Positions 23,113-35,712 of a DNA stretch of 64,000 nt are shown here, piece after piece. The position numbers were made by a program, and so were the translations under genes. The stretch's first letter is position 1. Each line of letters begins with the position of its first letter. The notes beneath the pieces are model-generated. The model was not told the DNA's origin and searched no databases. It saw nothing but the letters and a program-made list of their open reading frames with translations. This stretch comes from Phyllobates terribilis (taxonomy: Eukaryota): assembly GCF_046119375.1 (NCBI RefSeq), contig NW_027362769.1:391158001-391222000 (forward strand), in the 5' to 3' direction.

Positions 23113-25131
23113 TTCCACTGGACCGTGCCGGAGAGTGAATGCCTGGAGGGGCGTAACTAGGTATTCACCCGATCCGACCAGGGTCGCACGACGGCATACG
23201 ACGCCAGTGCACCAAGGAGGAACCGAGCAGAGGGACCAGGTGCTACTCCAGGACAGACCCCGGACACGGCTGTTGACCCACACAGGGGAATACAGGAACA
23301 GACTGGTAGGCTGGCACACAGACTGGTGGGTATAGGCAGGCACGACTGGTATGCAGGCAGGCGGGTAAGCAGGCAGGGGGGTACAGGCAAGCACAGCTGG
23401 AGTGCAGACAGGGAAGCACTAGCAGGTAGGAACACTGGCGGGATAGGACCCAGTACACACTGGGACTAAGGAACAGAACCACAGATGTGGCGGACAAACA
23501 CAGCAGAGTGAGGCTGCCCAGAGAGGTGAGCGAGAACAGGGCAGGACAAGGCCGCCTGGAGCGGAGAGCAAGAGTAGAGCAGGACAAGGCCGCCAGGAGC
23601 GGTGAACAAAGGGTCAGAGCTGAGCGAGACTGCCGGAGCAGTGAGTAAGAGTAAAGCAGGACGAGGCCGCCTGGAGCGGTGAGCAAGAGTGGAGCAAGGC
23701 TGCCGGAGCAGTGAGCAAAAGGATAAGAGCGGAGCGAGACTGCCGGAGCAGCGAGCAAAAGGGTCCGAGCGGAGCAAGGCTGCCGGAGCAGCGAGCAAAG
23801 GAGTCAGAGCAGGCTAGAACCGCCGGAGCGGTGAACAAAGGAGAAGGAGCAGGCTAGAACCGCCGGAGCGGTGAGCAAAGGAGAAGGAGCAGGCTAGAAC
23901 CGCCGGAGCGGTGAGCAAAGGAGTCAGAGCAGGGGGGACAGGGCTCTGTTCACACGGAACAGACAGGAAGAGAAAAGCAGAGCCAGATACCCACAGGATA
24001 CTTGCAGTGAAGTAGCGAGTGGACCACAAACTCACAAACGGGAGTACAGAGACAACAAGCAGGAGTTAGGTACGAGTTCAGACTCTGCACAAAAAGGAAG
24101 GGAACGGACATAGAGGCAAAACAGGTAAAGGATAGGAAAGAGTTCAGACTGGAACTGAGTGTACGGAGGAGACCGACACTGCAGCGGGAGACAGGAGCGG
24201 GTCTGGGAATACGGCCCCCAGAGAGGCGGGACAAACAGGCAAGGAGCGTGTTCAGACAGGACAGACAAGATACAGGAACAGGTCTAGGTAATCGGCCCCT
24301 AGAAGGCGGGAGGAACAGGCTAGGAGCGTGTTCAGACAGGACAGACAAGATACAGGAACGGGTCTAGGTAATCGGCCCCTAGAAGGCGGGAGGAACAGGC
24401 TAGGAGCGTGTTCAGACAGGCCTGGAAATACAGCCTCCAGGATAGGCAGACAAGAGAACACAGACAGGACTCAGTTCAGACACGGTAACTGATACCGTAA
24501 GGCAGGAGATATAGACAGGACTCAGTTCAGACACGGGAACTGATACCGCAAGGCAGGAGACATAGACAGGACTCAGTTCAGACACGGGAACTGATACCGC
24601 AAAGCAGGAGACATAGACAGGACTCAGCTCAGACACGGGAACTGATACCGCAAGGCAGGAGACATAGACAGGACTCAGTTCAGACACGGGAACTGATACC
24701 GCAAGGCAGGAGACAAAGACAGGACTAAGTTCAGACACGGGAACTGATACCGCAAGGCAGGAGACATAGACAGGACTCAGTTCAGATGCGGGAACTGATA
24801 CCGCAAGGCAGGAGACAAAGAACGGGACCTGGCACCTTCAGAGTGCAAGCACACACTGAATGAAACACTATGCTCAGGCAGGGATTGATTGCCGCAGCTG
24901 GGCTATATACCAGGTGACAGACAGCAATAGGCTGAGGACGCACAAGGGGTGTGACCCACAGCAGGTACAAAAAGCAGGAAGTGATCGAGCGCCGCCCTTA
25001 AGCAGCAGAAACAGACACAAACAGACAGCATGGAGGGAAGCCAGAGAGACATTCTGGACAGGAGATCAAGTGCGCGCTCTTGCACAGTGGGAGATGGACC
25101 ACTATGCAAGGACGCCGCCAGGTATGTTACA
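23073..25131 (-). mobile_element. Solo LTR of a related subfamily, inserted in reverse
   Basis: TGTAAT...GTTACA termini with 5-bp TSD GAAGA (23068-23072, 25132-25136). Its reverse complement starts TGTAACATACCTGGCGGCG, like the host LTR. Confidence 0.93.
24464..24815. repeat. 51-bp tandem repeat inside the solo LTR (~7 copies)
   Basis: GACATAGACAGGACTCAGTTCAGACACGGGAACTGATACCGCAAGGCAGGA recurs at 51-nt spacing (24610, 24661). Confidence 0.93.
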
Positions 25132-26726
25132 GAAGATAAGGATTGGCCTCCAAATTCTCTGCAGAAGACCCTTGCAGGCTTGAAAAAGAGGGGGCGTAAA
25201 GGGGGGGGGTACTGTAACATCCCTGGCGGCGTGCTTGCATAGTGCACCACCTCCCACTATGCAAGACCGCAATCTTACCTGTCAGTCCATCCTGCAAACC
25301 GTGCTCCAGTTCATGCTGTGTGCATGTCTCTTGACTGACTGCTTAGGGCGGCGGCCGGGTTACTTCCTGATTCTTATAGCTGCTGTGGGTGCAACCCTAA
25401 TGCGTCTCCAGCCTATTGCTGTGAGTCACTGGATATTTAAACCCCTTCCATCCACAAGGAGGTGCCTGAGCAACACCTTCACTCAGTTAGTCTTTGCTAC
25501 TGAATTGCCAGGTCCTGTCCTGTTTCTAGTCTGTTTCCACCACTCTGGGGGCTGCATACCCAGACCTTTTATCACTGACTTCTAGTCTGTTTCCGCCACT
25601 CTGTATACCCAGGCTCGTTCTTGTATCTCATTGCAGTAGCAGTTCCTGTCTGAACTGTATCCTAGCCTGTTACCTGTTTGTCTCTATGTCCGTACCTTCA
25701 CTTTTCCTGTAGTATCTGAACCTGCACCTAACTCCAACTCGTTGTCTCTGTACTTCTGTTTGTGAGTTTTGTGTCCCCTCGCTACTTCATAGGAAGTACC
25801 TTGTGTGTATCTGGTTCTGCTTGTCCCTTTTCCCTTCCTCCGTATCTTCCTCCTGTGTTCTAGCCATCTTCCTGTATTTTCCAGTCTGTTCCATGTGAAC
25901 AGAGCCCTGTCCTCTCTGCCTTGTCCACTGCACCTGCGGTTTCGCTCCGCTTAGTCTTGCGCACCGCTCCGGCGGTTTCTCTCTGCTCTGACTTGCCCAC
26001 CGCCCGGCGACTTCTCTCTGCTCTGCCTTGCTCACCGCACCAGCAGTTTCTCTCTGCTCTGACTTGCCCACCGCTCCGGTGGCTTCTCTCTGCTCTGCTT
26101 TGCCCACCGCTCCGGCGGCTTTTCTTTGCTCCGCCTTGTCCACCGCTCCGGCGGTTTTCACTCCGCTCTGCTTGCTCAACGCACCAGCAGTTCCTCTCTG
26201 CTCTGCCTTGTCCTCCGCTCCGGTGGTTTTGCTTTACTATACTTGTCTACCGCATCTGTGGCTCTGTACCTGTCTCCCAGTCTGTACTGGACCCTATCCA
26301 GCCTGCGCTCCAACCTGCTAGTACCTCCCTGTCTGCACTCCAGCAATACTTGCCAGTATCTTGCTGTCTGCATACCAGACACGCTTGTTAGTGCCCACCT
26401 GTCTGCATAGCAGCCGTGCTTGCCATTACCCACCTGTCTGCATACCAGCCGTACTTGCCAATACCCACCTGCCTGTATGCCAGTCTAACCTGCCTGTTCC
26501 TGCATTCCCCGGTGTGGGTCAACAACTGTGACCGGGGTCTGACCTGGAGTCGCACCTGGTCCCTCTGCTCGGTTCCTCCTTGGTCCACGGAGTCGAGTAA
26601 GCCACCGTACGACCTTGGTCGGATCGGGTTGATACTTAGTTACGCCCCTCCAGGCACTCCTCGGTTCATGGTACAGTGGGATCACTAATCACGCTCACGC
26701 CAGTCAGTCCGGGCGCGATCGTAACA

Positions 26727-29700
26727 GTATGCATGGTCCCCTCACCCCCCAATCCTGGTATGCATGGTCCCCTCACACCCCAATCCTGGTATGCATGGTC
26801 CCCTCACACCCCAATCCTGGTATGCATGGTCCCCTCACACCCCAATCATGGTATGCATGGTCCCCTCACACCCCAATCCTGGTATGCATGGTCCCCTCAC
26901 ACCCCAATCCTGGTATGCATGGTCCCCTAACCCCCAATCCTGGTCTGCATGGTCCCCTCACCCCCCAATCCAGGTCTGCATGGTCCTCTCACCCCCCAAT
27001 CCTGGTATGCATGGTAGCCCTCATCCTGGTATACATGGAACCCCATCCATCATCCTGGTATGCATGATACTCCTCATCCCCATTGCTGGTATGCATGGCA
27101 CCCCTCACCCCCCAATCCTGATGTGTATGGCACCCCTCATCCCCCAGTCCTGGTTTGCGAGGCATCCCACAATCCTGGTATGTATGGCACCCCTCATCTT
27201 CAATCCTGGTATGCATGGCACCCCTCATACCCCAATCCTGGTATGCATGGCACCCCTCATCCTCCAATCCTAGTATGCATGGTACCCTTCATCCCCCAAT
27301 CCTGGTATGCATGGTCTCCTCACTCCTCAATCCTGGTATGCATGGTCCCCTCACACCCCAATCGTGGTATGCATGGTCCCCTCACCCCCCAATCCTGGTA
27401 TGCATGGTCCCCTCACCCCCCAATCCTGGTATGCATGGTCCCCTCACCACCCAATCCTGGTATGCATGGTCCCCTCACCCCCAATCCTGGTATGCATGGT
27501 CCCCTCACCCCGCAATCCTGGTATGCATGGTCCTCTCACCCCCCAATCCTGGTATGCATGGTACCCCTCATCCCTATTCTGGTATGCATGGTACCCCTCA
27601 TCCTGGTATACATGGAACCCCATCCATCATCCTGGTATGCATGATACTCCTCATCCCCATTGCTGGTATGCATCTCACCCCTCACCCCCCAATCCTGATG
27701 TGCATGGCACCCCTCATCCCCCAATCCTGGTATGCGAGGCATCCCACAATCCTGGTATGTATGGCACCCCTCATCTTCAATCCTGGTATGCATCTCACCC
27801 CTCATCCCCCAATCCTGGTATGCATGGTCCCCTCATCCCCCAATCCTGGTATGCATGGTCTCCTCATCCCCCAATCCTGGTATGCATGGCACCCCTCATG
27901 CCCCAATCCTGGTATGCATGGTCCCCTCACACCCCAATCCTGGTATGCATGGTCCCCTCACACCCCAATCCTGGTATGCATGGTCCCCTCACACCCCAAT
28001 CCTGGTATGCATGGTCCCCTTACCCCCAATCCTGGTCTGCATGGTCCCCTCACCCCCCAATCCTGGTCTGCATGGTCCTCTCTCCCCCCAATCCTGGTAT
28101 GCATGGTAGCCCTCATCCTGGTATACATGGAACCCCATCCATCATCCTGGTATGCATGATACTCCTCATCCCTATTGCTGGTATGCATGGCACCCCTCAC
28201 CCCCCAATCCTGATGTGCATGGCACCCCTCATCCCCCAATTCTGGTATGCAAGGCATCCCACAATCCTGGAATGCATGGCACCCCTCATCTTCAATCCTG
28301 GTATGCATGGCACCCCTCATCCTCCAATCCTAGTATGCATGGTACCCCTCATCCCCCAATCCTGGTATGCATGGTCTCCTCACTCCTCAATCCTGGTATG
28401 CATGGTCCCCTCACACCCCAATCGTGGTATGCATGGTCCCCTCACCCCCCAATCCTGGTATGCATGGTCCCCTCACCCCCCAATCCTGGTATGCATGGTC
28501 CCCTCACCACCCAATCCTGGTATGCATGGTCCCCTCACCCGCAATCCTGGTATGCATGGTCCCCTCACCCCCCAATCCTGGTATGCATGGTCCTCTCACC
28601 CCTCAATCCTGGTATGCATGGTACCCCTCATCCCTATTCTGGTATGCATGGTACCCCTCATCCTGGTATACATGGAACCCCATCCATCATCCTGGTATGC
28701 ATGATACTCCTCATCCCCATTGCTGGTATGCATGGCACCCCTCACCCCCCAATCCTGATGTGCATGGCACCCCTCATCCCCCAATCCTGGTATGCGAGGC
28801 ATCCCACAATCCTGGTATGCATGGCACCCCTCATCTTAAATCCTGGTATGCATCTCACCCCTCATCCCCCAATCCTGGTATGCATGGTCCCCTAATCCCC
28901 CAATCCTGGTATGCATGGTCTCCTCATCCCCCAATCCTGGTATGCATGGCACCCCTCATGCCCCAATCCTGGTATGCATGGTCCCCTCACCACCCAATCG
29001 TGGTATGCATGGTCCCCTCACCCCCCAATCCTGGTATGCATGGTCCCCTCACCCCCCAATCCTGGTATGCATGGCCCCTCACCACCCAATCCTGGTATGC
29101 ATGGTCCCCTCACCCCCAATCCTGGTATGCATGGTCCCCTCACCCCCCAATCCTGGTATGCATGGTCCTCTCACCCCCCAAATCCTGGTATGCATGGTAC
29201 CCCTCATCCCTATTCTGGTATGCATGGTACCCCTCATCCTGGTATACATGGAACCTCATCCATCATCCTGGTATGCATGATACTCCTCATCCCCATTGCT
29301 GGTATGCATGGCACCCCTCACCCCCCAATCCTGATGTGCATGGCACCCCTCATCCCCCAATGCTGGTATGCGAGGCATCCCACAATCCTGGTATGCATGG
29401 CACCCCTTATCTTAAATCCTGGTATGCATCTCACCCCTCATCCCCCAATCCTGGTATGCATGGTCCCCTCATCCCCCAATCCTGGTATGCATGGTCTCCT
29501 CATCCCCCAATCCTGGTATGCATGGCACCCCTCATGCTCCAATCCTGGTATGCATGGTCCCCTCACCACCCAATCGTGGTATGCATGGTCCCCTCACCCC
29601 CCAATCCTGGTATGCATGGTCCCCTCACCCCCCAATCCTGGTATGCATGGTCCCCTCACCACCCAATCCTGGTATGCATGGTCCCCTCACCCCCAATCCT

Positions 29701-30722
29701 GGTATGCATGGTCCCCTCACCACCCAATCCTGGTATGCATGGTCCTCTCACCCGCCAATCCTGGTATGCATGGTACCCCTCATCCCTATTCTGGTATGCA
29801 TGGTACCCCTCATCCTGGTATACATGGAACCCCATCCATCATCCTGGTATGCATGATACTCCTCATCCCCATTGCTGGTATGCATGGCACCCCTCACCCC
29901 CCAATCCTGATGTGCATGGCACCCCTCATCCCCTAATCCTGGTATGCGAGGCATCCCACAATCCTGGTATGCATGGCACCCCTCATCTTCAATCCTGGTA
30001 TGCATCTCACCCCTCATCCCCCAATCCTGGTATGCATGGTCCCCTCATCCCCCAATCCTGGTTTGCATGGTCTCCTCATCCCCCAATCCTGGTATGCATG
30101 GCACCCCTCATGCCCCAATCCTGGTATGCATGGTCCCCTCACCCCTCAATCCTGGTATGCATGGTCCCCTCACCCCTCAATCCTGGTATGCATGGTCCCC
30201 TCACCCCTCAATCCTGGTATGCATGGTCCCCTCACCCCTCAATCCTGGTATGTATGGTACCCCTCATCCCTCAATCCTGGTATGTGTGGCCCCCTCATCC
30301 CCCAATCCTGGTATGTGTGGACCCCTCATCCCCCAATCCTGGAATGTGTGGCCCCCTCATCTCCCAATCCTGGTATGTGTGGCACCCTCACCTTCCAATC
30401 CTGGTATGTATGGCACCCCTCATCCCTTTCATGCTGCACACACATACCAAAAAAATAAACACTTATACTCACCTTTCTTCCCTGTGCTCCAGCGCTGCGG
30501 TGTCCTGTTCTGCTGAAGGCTGAGGGAGGAGTGTGGCACCGGAGTACACGAGTGCCCATACCGCGCTGTCCGGTAGACACACTGAAAATGTGGTATGCGA
30601 GGCATCCCACAATCCTGGTATGCATGGTACCCCTCATCCCCAAATCCTGTTATGCATAGTCCCCTCATCCCCCAATCCTGATATGCATGGTCCCCTCACC
30701 CCTCAATCCTTGTATGCATGGT
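26727..30722. repeat. Second copy of the 31-bp higher-order minisatellite
   Basis: Same unit and six marker blocks as 1693-5782. Confidence 0.97.
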
Positions 30723-32169
30723 TTGCTTACCTTCAGATTTCTTAGCTTCTGATGATCAGCACGTATTATCCTCCTTGTAGTACCTCTGGTGCCTGTCAGT
30801 CCATCTGTAGAATAGATCAGTCGTCACTCTGTAGTTTCTTTCTGATTCTTGTGACAAAGTTAGTGGATTTCCTGACACGTGAAAAACAGCTGTTCAGCTC
30901 GTCTCGTCTCTTCTCTCTCACCTTTGTTCAAGAAGGAAATTCACTTAAAAACACGAAAAATCAGGACTGGCTGAGGCTAGCCAAATGTAAAATAAATACT
31001 TCTTTCTGTATTTTTTCTCTATTGAGGACTTCTCAAAGTATTAATATCAAGATATTCTTATAAAAAATGTATCTATTTATTCTCGGGTTGTCCATTAAAA
31101 AGAATTATTGCAGAAGGTACATACAATAATTAGTTACAAAGTGATTGTCCATTTGTCCATAATTAGCTTAATTGTTGAGATTCACCCATCTTTCCCTGGG
31201 ATTCTGGATGGTAGATTGCGTCTGTCTGTGTCCAGCACGTGAGTCCGTGTAAAGAACGTGTTTCCTGGGCCTACATCAGGAGCTGGTTTACACACAGCAC
31301 CTCGTCCTGTGTCCTGTGGAATGGCAAGAGAGACCCCCCTGTCTCTAACATGGGCTTTTATAGGCCGGTCATATGGCACCTGCTCTTCTAATTATGGTGC
31401 TGAACCAAAAATACACAAATAGCGCATGTCAGCTAAAAACCCTAACACGATGGCTGATGCAATCTACAGATCTCAGAATTAAGAATAAAATGAATATCCA
31501 GAATTAATATTTAACACCCTCACGACTCCAGCACTGATGCTCCTGAGATTTCCTGGCAGTCGGTGATGACATGGAACAGTAATTACATCATTGGGTGACC
31601 CTGAGAGCGGCAGGGTGGGCTCTGGACGCTCAGCTAACATGAGGCAAGGGGCAGAAATATCATAAGTATCGAGTCCTGACTCTTGATTGCAGAGATGGTG
31701 GAGGAAGAGACTGAATCTATAGACTGAGGTAGAGGAGAGATCCCACTGCAATCCCTAACCAGACCACCAGCCTTCTCCTGACATGGTGGAGTACAGGTAG
31801 GGAGAAAAATTCCACCGCATCTGAATCTGAACCTTCACAGAGATGATAGTGTGCACATGATCGACCGTGCCTCGGCTTTTTCCTGCAGCCCCACAGAGAA
31901 TGAAAAGAGCATCTAACCTCACGCTCCATTTTGTAGCAGGGATAAAAATGGCCCTCCTGCTGATCGATGCAGGTCTCCATGGTTGGACCCTTACTTCAGA
32001 TAGCTGACAACATATTTCTATTGGACATCCCCTTTAATAATCATTGGGAAGCAATCAGTAGGGTCTGATACTGCTGGGCTCCCCTGACTAAGGACTACAA
32101 GAAGCAGGGACTTTGTAGAAAGAATTTGTCTTAATAAAAAGTGTGTCTTAAAGTCCAGCAGCACGTTAG

Positions 32170-33376
32170 TGTGGAGCCCATGTGGGTCCAGTTTCCACAG
32201 AGGTACTGCATCTCAGCCAGAGGTGTGGTACCCCACTCTCATGTAAGGAGGGAGCACTACCCGGGACTCACCCACTCACATGCAAAACCACATCACTCCA
32301 TTAGGGATGGTCCAGATTGCTCCTGAGGGAGAGCACAGATCCGGTCCCTGTCTGGAGGATGGAACTAGGTAGAGGAGGTGGGTGAAGGAAGGACTGAAGG
32401 TAGAGGGGACCACACAGAGTGACAGTTGGTGATGTGGGTCACATGACAGACAGTATAAAAGAAGGGTAGAAATATCTAGAAGAGGCCAGTGAGTGAGGAC
32501 CGTTGAGGAGTAGGGTCCAGACGGAGTGGGGGCCTAGTCAGAGGGGCCCAGTAGGAGAGAGAAGCCCAGAGCAGTGAGAAAGGCTCCAGAGAGAGAGAGA
32601 GGATCTTAGGGGCACAGGAAGTGCGGAGTCCACCCGTGCGCCCGAGTTCTCGATGACCATGAAGGGATCAGGTCGCAGTAGGGGACTGGCCCCAGACTAG
32701 TGGAGGACTGGAAGACTCAGCTAGCAAACTGGAGGTTGCAGTATCTTCAAGTGCCGTAGCCAAAAACCACACACATTCGCTGAAATTGTGGCTATATAGG
32801 GCAAAAGGGGACAAAGAGGACGTCGCCCGACAAGGCCCGTGGCCACTAGCTTGAGACACGGTGTGTGAGGCGCAGGGCAGGAGGGCGAGAGCCAGTGCAG
32901 AGAGAGACGACCCGGCAAGGTACACAAGAAGGGGGTCCCGTTCAAGTGCACCCAAGTTATCTGAGAGTTGGCTGGATCACTTCCCCGGAGGACACAGGAC
33001 TCGGTGGGCTGTTATAACCTGCTGGCAGTTGTAACCTGGAACATCATAAGAACTGTGAGTAAAAACTTGAAGACTGCACCCCGCTGTGTCCTTTACTTAC
33101 TTGTTGCATCACCTGCCTTGCACTACAACACTAACATCATAGAACACCTCTAACTGCCCTGGGGCCTATCTCTACCTGTGGAGAGCTGAACCATCTCTGC
33201 TGCGTCACCAATAACCCCGGTTGATCTGAACAGCAGCGGCGGCCACCTATAGCCGCATACCACGGGTGGCGTCACAAAACTTTATTCCCCAATTGACTTT
33301 TCTTATTGCCACCGTGACTATCCCAAAAAGGACCGGCCCGGCTACTGAGTACCCCATGGCCCCAGGAGGCGCGTCA
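32170..33376 (+). mobile_element. Solo LTR with TTAG TSD (duplicate of 7233-8439)
   Basis: Same 1207-bp length, termini and TSD. Confidence 0.9.
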
Positions 33377-34097
33377 TTAGTATCAACCTGAGGCCTCATT
33401 CAGATTTCCATCTTTTCCATCAGTGCATTGTCCGTGTGCCCAGCACACCACACCTGCCCAGCACACCACGCCTGCCCAGCACACCACGCCTGCCCAGCAC
33501 ACCACACCTGCCCAGCACACCACACCTGCACAGCACACCACGCCTGCACAGCACACCACACCTGCACAGCACACCACGCCTGCACAGCACACCACGCCTG
33601 CACAGCACACCACGCCTGCACAGCACACCACACCTGCACAGCACACCGACCACTGCTAGGTAATGGTCAAGTGAATGAGTTCCCCACAGAACAATGGTCT
33701 ATGTATAAAATAAATCTCGTCATTCTCCAGTCTCGTCATTGTACCGACCAGAATCGTGCATGTAATGGCAGGAGGCTCCAGTCCACAATGCGGACAAGCT
33801 CACTGAGCGGCACCATGTGAACCACTGGCGGATGAGGCTGCTCTGATCTTTATAATGGTCTCCTGACTCCAGTCTGATGGGAATAAGAGGAGCTGAGCTT
33901 CTGCTTATCTCACATCTGGAGCTCGGCTGACTTCTCCTTCCCCGAACTGGTGGTGGATTCTCTACACTGCAAACAGGTGGAGTCACTACAACTCTCATCC
34001 TACACACCATCCTGTCAATCATTTTCTTCCTCAACAGCAAACAATCTCTGAGCTGCAGGATTAATAGTTTATTCTCAGAAATCTCCACCCTTTTTAC

Positions 34098-34135
34098 GAA
34101 AGGGAAACTTTTTAGTTTTTGGTTCCTGCTCTTTC
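34098..34135 (+). promoter_or_regulatory. ISRE/IRF-like element upstream of the second TRIM
   Basis: GAAAGGGAAACT at 34098-34109, 35 nt before the ATG. Confidence 0.6.
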
Positions 34136-34143
34136 CCACTACA

Positions 34144-35712
34144 ATGGCGTCTGCTGAGCTGAGGGACGAGCTGAACTGCTCCATCTGCCTGAGCCTCTAT
34201 ACAGATCCCGTATCCCTGAGATGTGGACACAACTTCTGCCGCTCGTGTATTGTGAGTGTGCTGGATGCCCAGGAGGCGGCTGGAGGGTATTCCTGTCCTG
34301 ACTGCAGAGCAGAATATCCGGAGCGTCCGGCCCTGGAGAAGAACCGGAAGCTGAGGAACATAGTGGAGCGTTTCTCATCTACTCAGCCTGATATGAAGGA
34401 CACTAGTATCTTCTGTGCTTACTGTACAAAGTCTCCTGTACCGGCTGTGAAATCCTGTCTGCAGTGTGAGAATACTTTCTGTAATGACCACCTGACTGTC
34501 CACAACAAGACATTAGATCATATATTAACAGAACCCACAAGATCTTTTGACAACAAAAAATGTTCTCTCCACAAGAAGGTTCTGGAGTATTACTGCTCGC
34601 AGGACGCGGCTTGTCTGTGTGTGTCTTGTTGTCTGGTTGGTGAACACAGAGGACACCAGGTGGAGCTTCTAGATGAGGCTTCTGAGAAGAAGAAAAAGGA
34701 TCTGAGGAAATATCTGGATGAACTAAATCCACAAAAAGTAGATATTCGGACAAGAGTCCAGAATCTGCAGGATCATATAAAAAATATCCAGGAGAAAGCC
34801 TCAAATAAAAGGATGAACGTCAGTAAGATATTTATGGACATTAAGAAGCAAGTGGAAATGGCAGAAAAGAAAGCGCTGAGCGAGGTCTCCAGGCAGGAGG
34901 AGAAGATTGTGTCCCAGATATCTCATCTGATCAAGAAGCTGGAAATACAGGAGGACGAGCTGTCCAGGAAGATGCGTCACGTGGAGGAGATGTCTGGTGT
35001 CACCGACCCAATAAGACTCTTACAAGAATGTGACATAACAGTATGTAGTCATGGAGGTCATGAGGACACCATGGAAGATGGTGGAGAGGTCAGTTCTGAG
35101 GAGGATCTGGATGAGGTTCTGATCTCACTGACCTTACACCGATCTATGAGAGATATTGTCACCAATGTAACATCAGAGCTCGGGGTCCATGTCCCAGACA
35201 TATTGCTGGATGTGGACACTGCTTCTAGAAGGGTGAAGATATCAGAAGATCTGAAGACTGCAACAGATTCATATATCAAACCGGTGAGGCTAGAATCACC
35301 AGGGAGATTTGTGACATCTGCCCAGGTGTTAAGCAGATGTGGCCTCTTCTCAGGACGACATTACTGGGAGGTAGAGTGGGACCAGATAGGACAATGTAGT
35401 GTTGGGTTGTCCTATCCCAGTATAGAGAAAAAAGGAGAACATTCTGGTATTGGATATAATGATAAATCTTGGTGTTTGGATATGTATAATGAAGAATATA
35501 ATGTATGGCACAACTCGGATGTATTAACACTCAGTGTAAAGCAAACATGTCCAACACTTGGAGTCTTCTTAGACTATGAGGCTGGGCGTCTGTCCTTCTA
35601 TGAGCTGTGTGACCCCATCAGACACTTACACACCTTCACCGCCTCCTTCACTGAACCCCTACATGTTGTCTTCTCTGTGGAGGTTGGAGCCTCTGTTACA
35701 ATAAGAAGCTGA
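34144..35712 (+). CDS. Intronless class IV TRIM E3 ligase paralog, 522 aa
   Basis: Same domain motifs; about 16 aa differences from the 15878 copy counted by eye. Confidence 0.97.
   Translation: MASAELRDELNCSICLSLYTDPVSLRCGHNFCRSCIVSVLDAQEAAGGYSCPDCRAEYPERPALEKNRKLRNIVERFSSTQPDMKDTSIFCAYCTKSPVPAVKSCLQCENTFCNDHLTVHNKTLDHILTEPTRSFDNKKCSLHKKVLEYYCSQDAACLCVSCCLVGEHRGHQVELLDEASEKKKKDLRKYLDELNPQKVDIRTRVQNLQDHIKNIQEKASNKRMNVSKIFMDIKKQVEMAEKKALSEVSRQEEKIVSQISHLIKKLEIQEDELSRKMRHVEEMSGVTDPIRLLQECDITVCSHGGHEDTMEDGGEVSSEEDLDEVLISLTLHRSMRDIVTNVTSELGVHVPDILLDVDTASRRVKISEDLKTATDSYIKPVRLESPGRFVTSAQVLSRCGLFSGRHYWEVEWDQIGQCSVGLSYPSIEKKGEHSGIGYNDKSWCLDMYNEEYNVWHNSDVLTLSVKQTCPTLGVFLDYEAGRLSFYELCDPIRHLHTFTASFTEPLHVVFSVEVGASVTIRS

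Larger units (their letters stand above)
19124..26726 (+). mobile_element. Non-autonomous chromovirus-derived LTR element (LTR 19124-21040, internal 21041-25212, LTR 25213-26726)
   Basis: TGTAAC...GTAACA LTRs, purine tract + GGTAC before 25213, Gag-like ORF and self-priming complementarity. The LTRs differ in repeat number and sequence; no flanking TSD. Confidence 0.88.
25330..34218 (+). repeat. Segmental duplication partner of 307-9281
   Basis: Colinear LTR, minisatellite, unique DNA, solo LTR, 18-mer repeat and TRIM 5' end, with only scattered differences. Confidence 0.95.
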
